NCBI RefSeq assembly: GCF_902459465.1
Contig: NC_047064.1
Coordinates: 15,562,001-15,626,000, forward strand
Source of the DNA: Asterias rubens
Taxonomy: Eukaryota
Reading direction: 5' to 3'
Length of the DNA stretch: 64,000 nt
The translations under genes were made by a program, and so were the position numbers. The notes below the pieces were generated by a model. It saw nothing but the letters and a program-made list of their open reading frames with translations, did no database searches and was not told the origin of the DNA. Numbering within the stretch: the first letter of the stretch is position 1; every line of letters begins with the position of its first letter. Below, piece by piece: positions 13,558 through 24,696 of this stretch.

Positions 13558-13622
13558 GCATTGTGGCTAGTGTCTGTATAGTGCTGTGTACATCCAATTA
13601 TTTTGCCATTTGGGTTTTCTTT

Positions 13623-16600
13623 TTACAGAAGACTGCAAGTCCTTGTCTGGTTGATTGCAATAGATTTGACATTTCCCTCCCCGCTGTATTTCTTTATGGC
13701 ATCGACAATCTGTGAAGATAAATCAGATACAAACTACCTTCTCAGTTAAAATGTTATACAAAAGGAAAATGCTTTACTATATTAAATATCACCATGGTCA
13801 AGTGGTTAGTTTGCAGGACTTGCAATCACAAGGTTGTGGGTTTGACAATTACCAACAGTGTCCACTGCCTTTAACAACCCTCACTGCATAGAATTGTGTG
13901 CTTTCAAGCTGCCTGAGAAGGCTTCATGCCTGAAGCCTTTTCCAGATTACATTTTCTTCTGAAAAAAGGGATTCATTTCTAATATATAATATCAGGAGCT
14001 TTTCAGTGCTCTTTTTATAGATAGTCATTAGTTTTTGTAAATTACCAAAAGTAATACCCTGCCTCTAAAGACAGTGGACACTATTGGTAATTGCCAAAGA
14101 CTAGCCTTCACAGTTTGTGTGTCTCAACATATGCATAAAAAAACAAACCTGTGAAAATTTGAGCTCAATCGGTCATCAAAGTTTCGAGATAAGAAATAAG
14201 AAAAATAACCCTTGCACACCAAGTTGGGTGCGTTTAGATGGTTGATTTCGAGACCTCAAGTTCTAAATCTGAGGTCTCGAAATCAAATTCGTGGAAAATT
14301 ACTTCTTTCTCGAAAACTATGGCACTTCAGAGGGAGCCGTTTCTCACAATGTTTTATACCATCAACCTCTCCCCATCACTCGTCACCAAGTAATGTTTTA
14401 TGCCAATAATTATTTTGAGTAATTACCAATAGTGTCCACTGCCTTTAAAGGCACTGGCCACCTTTGGTAATTGTCAAAGAGTATCTCAACTATGCATAAA
14501 ATAACAAACTTGTGAAACTTTGAACTCAATTGGTTGTCTAAGTTTTGATAGAATAATGAATGAAAAAAAAAAAACTATGTTATGTGCTTTCAGATACCTT
14601 GAATTGAGACCTCATCTCGAGGTCTTGAATGTTTTAGTGAGAAATTACTTCTTTCTCAAAAACTACGTTACTTGAGAGGGAGCTGTTTCTCACAATGTTT
14701 TATACTATCAACAGCTCTCAATTGCCCCGTTATTTTTTTTTAGTAATTACCAATAGTGTCCATGCCTTTAACATAAACAAATTATGATGACTTTTGAGTC
14801 TGGTAAAAAACGTTTTGAGAGTTAAAATATAGGCCTACAAGAAAAACAATTACCCATAAGACAAATGAGATAAATCTTCTCTTGTTGCACTTTTTCAAAA
14901 TGAAACACTTTTCATGTTACACTTTGTGGAAAGTTCTTTCTAAGTGAGATTTTGGTCTTGTAAAATAAGTTATGGCTTGGGAAAACTTTTGCGCTGTTCA
15001 GTCTTGGGGAATGTTACCCAAAATTTGAGCCATGTATAAAAACAGAGCATGAAAAGCAAGAATGCATCAATGATCATCAGATTTAAAACAAGAAATTTCA
15101 CCACTGTAGTACAACTGTACAGTACTTTCCTTTTATAATAAACAATATCAAACACAAGTTCTATCACCAGCCCATGAGCCTTTTCAATAAATGCATTAAA
15201 ACAAACATAACAAATCTTGCAGAATTTAGTTTTAAACAATCACACAACATACCTTTAACGTAAAATAATTACCAAACAAACTCTTACCTCAAAATTATTT
15301 GGAAATCTACCATTCTCCAGTTTGGAGTACAACAACTGGCCATTTAGGAATACTTCAAATGAAGCTGAACAAATCACACATAGAAAAAGAGGGTTATTAT
15401 TTGATAACAATCAGTCAAAATAATATAGTCAGCATTTTGTCAATCATTAATTTGTCAATTAATGATTTATTTTTTGAGCACTTAAAGCTTTCAATAATCA
15501 GGTTACTTCATCAAATGTATAGATTTAAATACGATGCATTGACATTTTATGTCTATAAATGTTTCAATGTTGAGTACTTTGGGCTTTATTTAGATAGGTA
15601 GGCTCATTAAAGGGTATATGTAACTTTTGTAGGACGAAAAACACAATGTGCACAGATTTACACTCAACTTACACAGTTTGAAGATAATGATAGTAGAAAG
15701 CTTCCCTGGAAATACTATGTGCTGAGGTGCTGTAGTTTGGGGGAAATGAGTAAAACAACGTCATGAAAATAATTTTCGTCTCGTGAGACGAAAATTATTT
15801 TAATCATTTACAAACGTATTTTCATGACATTGTTTTACTCATTTCTCAAATACTACAGCACCTCAGTAAGTAATATTTGAAGGGAAGCTTTCCGCTATCA
15901 TTATCTTCAAACCCTGTAAGTTTAATGTAAATCTGTGGACATTTTGAACAAGAGTACCCAAATCCTTTAAAATGAAAATTTACATAATATAGATTTTAAA
16001 ATGATTCATTGACATTTTATGTCTTTTGATGTTTTAATTTTGAGTACCTATATAGGGCTTTGAATGGGTAGGTTATTCCACTAAAATGAAAAATAACAAA
16101 TTTAAAATTACTCATTAACACTTTAAAGACATTACCATTAAAGGTATACACTTTCAGTAAACAGTATTGTCCAAGTCCCACACTTCGTGTATCACAACTT
16201 ATATAAAACAACAAACCTGTGAAAATTTAGGCTCAATCGGTCATCGGAGTCGGGAGAAAATAACGGGAAAACCCACTCTTGTTTGCCTTATCCCTAATTC
16301 TCGCTAACGAGAATTTATATTGTTTTACTGTTTTCTCAAAAAGTAAAGCATTTCATGGACTAATATTTCAAGAGAAGTCTTTCATTATTACCTTCTGTAA
16401 ACCCTGTAAATTATTTGTAAATCTGTGAACTTTTATTTCTCTTAAGGATATATGTTTTATTTAAGAATCAGACCGAGCAACTGTAGCATTATTTTAGATT
16501 GGTTTGATGTGTTATTGCATATATTAAGTTACACTTTTATTAATTAAAACAACAGCAACAACAACAACAACAACATTGAACAGCCTTTTATGAAACTGAC

Positions 16601-18476
16601 CTGTTCTACCAACTTGACCTTTGACCACTGCCTCAGGAACTGATGCACGAAGGTCATCCACCAGGTAATTGAAGCGGGGAAAATACCCTCAGCCTCCACT
16701 GATTAAAATTTAAAAAGTACATAAAATATAGATTACTTTGACTTTGTGAAATCATCCGCTATTTTAGTTTTTTTTTTAATGCTGGTCATCTCGCCCCCTG
16801 CAAAGTCGCCCCCTACCCGGCTCGCCCGGGTTAAAACAAAGTCGCCCCCCTGGCAATGTCGCCCCCCAAACAATGTCGCCCCCTAGCAAAGTCGCCCCCT
16901 GACAATGTCGCCCCCAGCCAATGTCTCCCCCTAGCAAAGTCGCCCCCAGATGTTGTTCGGAAAATAATTAAGGCTACAATAATTATGGTAAAAAAATATA
17001 GTTAAAACATTTTCAGAAAAAATTCTGTATGAAGTAATGTGCTTGTGGAAGGTCTAACCCTAACCCTAACCCTAAACCTAACCCTAACCCTAATCCTAAC
17101 TATTTTCCGGGGGGCGACTTTGCTAGGGGGCGACATTGGCTGGGGGCGACATGGTCAGGGGGCGACATTGTCAGGGGCGACTTTGTAACAACTCGGGCGA
17201 GCCGGTTAGGGGGCGACTTTGCAGGGGGCGACTTTGCAGGGGGCGACTTTGTTGGTGGCGCGCTTGCTAGGTGGCGAGATGACCAGCCCCCGTTTTTTTC
17301 CACTAACGTAGACCTTTGTTAGACAGGCTTTTGATAATTTGTATACGTTTAGAAGGTTCAAATTGGTGCTCCAACCTATAAAGCGTTATTCATGAAGTTA
17401 GTAATGGTTGGGAAAACATTTTTCAGAATAGGCCCAAAAATATGCTCAAAACCCATTTATTTGTTTAATCTGGCAATTTTTGTTTTTGCTTGTGCTGTTT
17501 TTTGTATCTTTGTCTTTGCATTGTTTGTTTCTTTGTAAATTGTAAAGCGCTCCGTTCTTTGTGGGGCGCTATATAAATGCTTTCATTATTATTTTTAATA
17601 TAATGATTCAAAATTGAATACAATGATTCAAAATTGTGTGGTTTTCTTTTTACTTTGAAGTATGCCATTTTGTATTTCACCAAGCTGTTGCCTTGCAGAA
17701 AAGGATAACAACGAAAAGTGTAAAAGTAAACCAAACAACTTTGAGGGATAGTTTGTGCGAAATATTAATAATGACATTATATTCTAGAAACTATAGACTT
17801 GTTCTAGGCCTAGGCCTATTGTGAGATATAACTTGTATGGAAACAAATTAGGCCTCATTTATGAATTTAATTCACTGTATCTCTCAGTGATTCCATGTAA
17901 TTGAAATTGCAACAAACAATCTTAAAACGTCTTAAAACCAAATCCAACATCCATTGTTAAACTACTTTTACTTGTATGCGCCTCTAACGTAGGAAACTTT
18001 CTATCGAAAACCTTTTTAAGACAACCCCGCTCTTTATATTAAACCAGCCTGCCCGATCGTTGCGATAACGTAACCCTCCTCCCGACCAGCAGCCGGCCGT
18101 CGGGAGGATCGGAGGGATACCAGGGCGGCCGTCGGGAGCTCCATAGGGCGGCCGTCGGGAGGAGGGTTACGTTGTCGCTACTACATGTAGGCCTACCTGC
18201 CCGATAGGCATTGGCTCTTACCACACATGGTCTTCGCAGAGCAAACACGTCTCTCAAAACGTTTCACGCTGTATCCGCAATTAAATATCATAGTTCGACT
18301 TACGATCCACACATCCCATGCAAATCTTCAAATAAGCCGATTTAACGCGTGATCCACCCTCCTTTAAAAAATGAGACACTACGCCGCTATTCAAACTTGA
18401 ACTCCTCTCCGTTAAAAACGGTATTAATGTTAAACCCTACTTACCAATATTCCACCTGTATGTTTTTGACGGTCAT
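13623..18476 (-). CDS. MIEN1: Selenoprotein W2 / MIEN1 (Rdx12)-like, copy B, 97 aa, Sec at residue 14, CaaX CSLL
   Basis: Exons 18476-18445, 16698-16601, 15364-15288, 13709-13623; all GT-AG, phases 2/1/0. UGA at 16691-16689. MTVKNIQVEYCGGUGYFPRFNYLVDDLRASVPEAVVKGQVGRTASFEVFLNGQLLYSKLENGRFPNNFEIVDAIKKYSGEGNVKSIAINQTRTCSLL. It matches the Rdx-family CxxU and FE...NGQL..SKLENG.FP motifs and the MIEN1-type terminal CaaX. Confidence 0.9.
14068..14771. mobile_element. Two adjacent K1 MITE copies sharing one TTAA (14445-14448)
   Basis: ...GTGTCCACTGCCT|TTAA|AGGCACTGGCCAC...; second copy ends gtgtccatgcct|ttaa. Confidence 0.8.
15607..15970. mobile_element. Palindromic TTAA-flanked MITE (family K2)
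   Basis: TTAA|AGGG...CCT|TTAA with long internal inverted repeats (gataatgatag...aagcttccc; gctgaggtgctgtagt / actacagcacctcag). Confidence 0.75.
16138..16440. mobile_element. TTAA-flanked MITE (family K3), partial
   Basis: TTAA|AGGTATACAC start; the internal part recurs at about 19660-19770. Confidence 0.6.
16781..17287. mobile_element. MITE with subterminal GTCGCCCCC repeats and an internal (CCCTAA)n tract
   Basis: TIR GCTGGTCATCTCGCC / GGCGAGATGACCAGC; mirrored tandem repeats in both arms; about 8 telomere-type units at 17054-17100. Confidence 0.8.
18062..18178. mobile_element. GC-rich palindromic MITE remnant
   Basis: gcgataacgtaaccctcctcccgac / gtcgggaggagggttacgttgtcgc inverted repeats. 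Confidence 0.65.
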
Positions 18477-19049
18477 TATTCGAGGTCTCCTTGAAGTGCC
18501 TACCTTTCATTAACACAAGATTGTATTCCGTTCATAAAGATCAACAGAAAGTAGCCGGAACGCTCACGCGCGCATAAACGGAGAACAGAATATAAACTCT
18601 GTCAAAGTGAATCGACTGTTATAATGATGTCTCTTTTTCAACGTTGGGGGCGACTTGTGAAATAATCACTTTGCTAAATGATAATCCTCTCGTAATACTT
18701 GGCCTACACAATAATTGTGTAGCTGTCAGACTGGAACTTGTTAAAAGGGTCACGTTATTTTAACCATTACCTAGCATTAATCCCCTTTAATCCTTGTTGT
18801 ATGACTTGAGAATTTTCCTCCATGGTAATATAAGTATATCATATTTAAAGTCATAATGGAGTAGGCTAACCGGATATTTTCATGAGTAGAGGGAGGGGTT
18901 GTGGCAGTTTATTCAGCGTATACCTTCTATGTGTGAATTGTGTACAAACTTCTTCTGATACCGCCCCTCTCTATTTCTACCTCCATGTTTGAATCATCCT
19001 TCTCCAGCCCATGTTTATTTCCCATATGGGGGACATAATTCACAGGGAC

Positions 19050-19080
<31 letters not shown>

Positions 19081-19340
19081 AGAGAGACGTAATGGTGGGG
19101 GGGGGGGGCATAAAAGAACCTTTTATGTGTACCCTGCTTAGTATTCATGACCCCTAAATGAACAGTTTTCATCAATTGCTTTGAAATTTGTACTCTCATT
19201 TTTTTTATGAAAACCAAGGTTTATAGACACATGATACAAAATTACACAGTGTGCAACTTCACAAAGTAACGTCGTAAACTATGCAACTTACTCAGTGCGA
19301 AATGAAGCACAATGCAAATTATGTATTTATGAATCAGACA

Positions 19341-19346
19341 TTTATT
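19341..19346 (-). terminator. Likely polyadenylation signal (AATAAA) of selenoprotein gene A
   Basis: About 100 nt downstream of SECIS A on the minus strand. Confidence 0.5.
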
Positions 19347-19446
19347 TGAACTTCATTCAAGCAAAATTTACACAATTAGTATAAATATGACTATTCTGAT
19401 TATAAAAGCCTTTGATGTTACACTCGCCTATCACACACTTGACACC

Positions 19447-19512
19447 CCAGACTGTTTATCAAGGTTAAATCTTTGGGACATTCCCTTTTCAACTTAACCC
19501 GTCATTCGCTGG
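19447..19512 (-). ncRNA. SECIS element (type II) of selenoprotein gene A
   Basis: Minus strand: ccag cga A UGAC ggguuaaguug AAAA ggga aug uccc aaa gauuuaaccu UGAU aaacagu cugg. It has a 10-bp helix II, AAAA bulge and 4-bp helix III; the flanks match SECIS B. Confidence 0.9.
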
Positions 19513-20507
19513 ATACTTCATGTCATGTGACAGACAAGTTTGAAAACAACAAAGGGTAAATTGGCTCTTAATATGTGGCTAAAAGAATGCATAGAGTATT
19601 TGTTTGGTTTTAAAGTCAGATATTGTAACCGGGCCACATGCCCAAAATGATATGCTACAGAGAAAAGTAAAACATTTCATGGAATAATATATCAAGAGAA
19701 GTCTTTCACCATTACCTTCTGTAAACCCTGTAAGTTATTTGTTTGTAAATCTGTGAACTTTTTTTTGTTTTCTGTGCCTAAAGTGTATAATGGCTTTAAC
19801 ATCTGCCTTATCATAGTACCCATTACATTGTAATTGGGACTATGACAAGACCGATGATAATTAAGGAGAGCCATAGTAAGCCAACAAGGTGGCCTATGAG
19901 GATAGCTCCCTCACCTCATCCTCCAATACACTTCACACAGCACTGGCAGCCACTGGTGGGTTTTTTTTCAGGATTTTTCCTGATTTTCTCTAAATATCAA
20001 TGAGCTCTCACAATTTTTAGGAAGAAGTATAAAGCAGTCACCAAAGGAAGAGAGAAATAGTCCACATTGCATACACAAAAAACATGGCTGTACGTTGTTA
20101 AATATCTTTTGCATATTCATATTTTCCCCTGAATGGCATTGAGTGAAGAATTATTCTGGGCTTATATATAGACTGACTGCGTTTCACCTCATTTTTTTTA
20201 CAGATATTATTTGTTTGAATTGCACAACTGTATAAATATGCATATAAATTGTCTGAAGAAAAATAGTTTTTTTTTGCTAGTCCTCTAAGAATGGAGAACT
20301 CCTTAAACCGCATACAGTCTTTCTTTAATAAAACATCAAAAAAAGATAAGATATCCCAGTCAGTTGTCAAAACCTGAAGTAAAAAAAACCTGGCAACTTC
20401 TGCAACAGCTACGGGCTTGATCACACGTCTGCCTATTCAACTGGATGACGCACTGATCTTGCCGTAGCTGTAGCCGAAGTGGTCGTTTTTGACACAGCCT
20501 AAGACTA

Positions 20508-20600
20508 AAGCCCGGTTCATACTTCCTGCTTATGCGAATTCGATATAAATTTTGATGTCACAAATTCGCAGTGAATAGTTCGCAGGAAGTATGAACTTGG
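20508..20600. mobile_element. Internally deleted copy of the AAGCCCGG palindromic MITE
   Basis: ta|aagcccggttcatacttcctgc...gcaggaagtatgaac. Confidence 0.7.
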
Positions 20601-21344
20601 CTGACAGATCTGACAAGGTACTCGGAGTCAGAAACACTGTGTGATTACCAGGCGTTGTTCCTGGTATTAAGTAGGAGAATGGTATTGAGTACAAGGGTTG
20701 ACCTACCATGAACACGTGGTATAGGCTCTAATAGACATATCAGGCTATTGAATCACAACTTTTCAGATTTGTCCATAAGCAACAACAAAACAAACCAGAC
20801 TAAAGTTGAGGGAATATCATGCCTTGAAACATATGGAAAAACCAGAGTGAGAAAGTAAAAGACAAGAACTAACAAAGTACAACTGAAGTTGTTTAAATCA
20901 GTCGACACAAGTGTTTGCTAATGTCCGAGTGCTGAAAGGTCATGCAAATGTAGAGTGAGGAAAGTTTTAAAAGACTGTTATCGTGTTTGAGATGTCTTAT
21001 TCCTCAACAGGCTGCTTTGGAAAACAGTGCCTTTATCATATATTTTGTTAACAGTATAATAATTATGCATCAACATCATCCAGCCGCCATCATAGAGGTA
21101 ATATGATGACAAAACCATGGAAATACACAGATTTGTACGCACGGCGCAAAGGGCTGGCCGATGAAAAAACTCCATTTGTCCTCTAGGCGAGGGCGCCCTC
21201 CTCATCATGTACATAAGGTCGATTGATGATTCCTTTCCCTGTGTACTGGGAACAGGATGAACATTGTGAAAGCTTGATACAAGTCTATTGCGACAAGTCT
21301 GATGCATTCTAGTAGCCAGTGGGTAGTCTGTTTATTTTGCCGTC

Positions 21345-24300
21345 TTACAATACCGTGCATTCACTAGCACTCTGAGTGACTGGTACCACATCTCCCCCAT
21401 CGTACTCGGTGATAGATCGGATGATCTGTCATTCAAAAGAAGAAACAAAATGGTATTAAGATTATCAGCATTTGTATAAGTTTAGGTCACTTGACTCTTG
21501 AAGTGGTGAAGAAAAGCAATATACATAAACAATCTAACAGACTGTTATTTGAATTTGTGATTTGGGCCCGATTTCACATGGACTGGTACCATGTTGGGCA
21601 CTGGGCCCAATTTCATAAAGCCTGTAAGCAAAAATACTTGCCAAGTACAGAAAACTCATGTTGAGCAAAAATAGGTTACCAGACCAAATACAGTACATTT
21701 ACCATTAATGTGATTGGTACCCTACTCAATTCTTGCTTAGCAAATAATTTTGCCTAGCATAGAATTTTGCCGAGCAGGATTATCTGCTAAACAACTTTAT
21801 GAAATTGGGCCCAGGTCTTACAGCCTCAATGTTTTTTGGGGGATACAATGATTTTATTGGATAAAGTGCTGTGACGTAAGCTTTCCATATCTGTGTTATG
21901 ATTGGTGCTGGAATGTAGTGTTAGCTTGCTTTGTTTTGTTTTAATCACTATGTTATATGTGTACATGTGAACTGACTGTGAATCTCCTTATGAAGTGAAT
22001 GCTCAAAGGTACATTTTGCAACGTCCGTCAAGCTGGTATCTGATATTCACAAACCTCAAAGTGTGATGTCAAACATTCGGGCTAAATTTCATAGAGCTGT
22101 GTATGCACAAAAAGTAGCAATGAGAAGATTTATCTCGCTTGTATTATTATGGGCAATTATTATTCAGTAATCAACAGAATTATATCCGTCAGAAAATTGA
22201 ACACAAAAACAAGGCCGCTGAACTTGTCCAATCATGAGTTTACTGGCCGGCTACTTAAACCACTGGCACTAAATTTAAGCCCTCAATATTCGTACCTCCT
22301 TGTTGACTGGAAATCCTCCATTTTTCAGTTTAGAGAACAACACCTGGCCATTCAGAGTTACTTCAAACGAAGCTGTAAAATAGAAGATATAATAATAACA
22401 ATAAGAGTGGGTTTTTTTTATAGCGCGCATATCCGCCACTCAGTGAAGAAGCTCTCAAAGTGCTTTAACTTACAGGATTTTCCTGAAATGTATGTGGGAC
22501 AATGTTTGATTTATGAGACCTACTCCTTTTACATGTACAAACTCATTCTCTTTTCGATAAGTGCACTGGGTTTTTTATGTGCGTTACACAACTCCCGAGA
22601 CCAACCGCTTTAGCTTAAGGACACGGGTGTCACGACTGGGATTTGAGCCAACACTCTGCTGATTCGGTGAATTCGGTGCTTTTAACCGCTCGGCCATGAC
22701 ACTTCCACAAGCATTTGATGATTTAAGATAACACTAACTCAAACTCAGGTGTCACAACTTGGGCTTGAACCCACACTCCGCTTATCAGAATACCAGTTGA
22801 TTGATTTCAGTGCTCTTAAAACTGCTAGGCCATAACACTGCAATGAAATTGTATCATTCTTTAATGTAATGTCTGGTCAATGCGTAATTGGGAATTCCAT
22901 AATGGAGTAGAAACTCAACATAAAATAATGATCAGGAGTTTACGGTATGTCTGCATTTGTGGCTTACTATCCATTAGGTTTGGGTAAGAGCTGTACTATA
23001 ACAGACAGTAATTGTTACAAAACAGCAAGGGTTATGTTTGTGAATAAGAACTTTGGAAAACTGAGGCCATTGCATAGGGTTGAGGCCATTGTATAGGGTT
23101 AGAATCCTGGTCGAGACACGTCCAATGAGAAAGTCAATGAGAAATGTTTGAAGGGGCACCAAGGCAAAGAGCAGGGGCAATGAAGTCCATGGCCTCTGTG
23201 GCCTACATGTAATTCCAGGCTCAAATTCCAATACCAATACAAGTTTCACTTACACCTCCTGCCGACCTTGCCATCCACAACCGCTCCAGGGACTGAACGC
23301 TTGATGTCGTCCTGCAGTTCCCTGTAGCGGGGATAGTAACCTCACCCACCACTGTACAATCAAAGAAACAAATAAATAAATACATAAGATCTATTCAGTG
23401 TGTACTGCAAGAAAATTACAAGTACTGTGCGCTGCTAATACTGCAACTGAACTGTTACAAATCAGTCATGTGCCAGCAGTGAATCCACCTAAAGACTAGT
23501 GTGCCATGCATGTTCCTTGAGGTCTAAGAGTAGTGTTGTAATCTGTGTCGAACGATACCTAAGATGTTGTTGGATTTGCTTTTAATAACTTTAGTACGTA
23601 ACTAGGGTACTTCTGTTCCCCTCGGCACCTGTGAGTGACCAGAAGGGGGACCTATTCGGCCTTGGGAAATAGGATACCTTCGAAACAAATTTACTCAGAA
23701 ACAAACTGAGCCTTGCTTCATTCGACCCAATTCTAGCTAGATTAATAAACCACATGAAATCTTCACCCTTCATATTGCAACTGCGTGTACGCGTGGATTG
23801 CGTGCCATGTGCAAACCATGCCCATAGAATCTTTGAAAGATATAGAATAGAATTACTAGATCGGTCGCGTGTACATACGCGGGTTGTGGCATGGGGGCCG
23901 CCATGGCCTATTTCCCGTAAACATTTTCTGTGCGTTGCCGTCAGCACATGACTTGTTGTTGACGTGAGCACCTGACATTTAGCGTGTCAAAGGCCTATCT
24001 CCCCTGTTCATTTTCTGCACATCACCTTCCGAACGTGAAATTGTTACCACGTCCATGGTGAACAAAAACTGACACTGGACAGGCAACGGCGCGTATGCGC
24101 GGCTGATCTAGTTATTTGAATTCCATATCTATGTATGGGTATGGCCATGCCAGGGAGTGGTGGTGTGACGTAAATTTCTTGCAGCTCTACACACCACCAC
24201 TTATATAGCCAGTGCCATCATAAGGTTTATCGCCAATAGCAAAATATCAAAAGATGGCGCTGTTGAACCCAAACAAAGATATAGGCGATGCGTGCGCGAG

Positions 24301-24696
24301 TAGTTCATGTGACAACATACAAATACAATACATCGCATAGCAAACTGCCCCATAATATAATAATCATATATATATGCCTTCCCACATGGCACAAAGCATT
24401 GGTTGGGGTTCTAAATCGCGATAAACCCTATTGTCAATTGACTTATTGTTTGATGGTGGTGCCCGTGCATCATCACATCACAGTTAAATTAATCATGGAG
24501 GTCATGAACAATTATTAGCCTAATGACTATGAATGATGATCTTTCATTTTTTCATAAGAATAACTAGGCCTACTGGCACTGGGGGGACTGTATACAGTAG
24601 TAGCTAGTACTGTACTACGTCTCCTACTACTAGGTCAACATACAATGTCACTAACAACACTTACCAATACTCGATGTGTACCTCTTTAACACCCAT
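21345..24696 (-). CDS. MIEN1: Selenoprotein W2 / MIEN1 (Rdx12)-like, copy A, 95 aa, Sec at residue 14, CaaX CTVL
   Basis: Exons 24696-24665, 23351-23254, 22372-22296, 21425-21345; GT-AG, phases 2/1/0. UGA at 23344-23342. MGVKEVHIEYCGGUGYYPRYRELQDDIKRSVPGAVVDGKVGRRSSFEVTLNGQVLFSKLKNGGFPVNKEIIRSITEYDGGDVVPVTQSASECTVL. Confidence 0.9.
21601..21814. mobile_element. MITE with CTGGGCCCAATTTCATAAAG termini
   Basis: ctgggcccaatttcataaag / ctttatgaaattgggcccag; end fragments also near 52750 and 59060. Confidence 0.8.
22615..22850 (-). mobile_element. Two degenerate tRNA-derived SINE fragments in intron 2 of gene A
   Basis: Reverse complement reads ggccatggccgagcggttaaaagc...cagagtgtgg(g/c)ttcaa(a/g)...gtgacac(c/t)...gtcctt; related copies at about 49805 and 60215. 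Confidence 0.6.

Noticed and set aside
19048-19110. Poly-G tracts as a functional G-quadruplex
   Set aside because: Similar homopolymer C/G runs occur elsewhere (about 30996 and 32995), so this is likely simple-sequence expansion.
16689-23344. In-frame TGA codons as pseudogene lesions
   Set aside because: They occupy the same CxxU position in both paralogs, the downstream exons are intact and each gene has a SECIS.
23750-24350. CpG-richer segment with AAGATGGCG in intron 1 of gene A as a separate promoter
   Set aside because: No downstream exon or ORF could be supported; it may be a repeat relic.
13623-24696. One selenoprotein gene with two alternative C-terminal halves
   Set aside because: Separate copies of exon 1 (18476-18445) and the UGA exon (16698-16601) exist for the distal half, so these are two complete genes.
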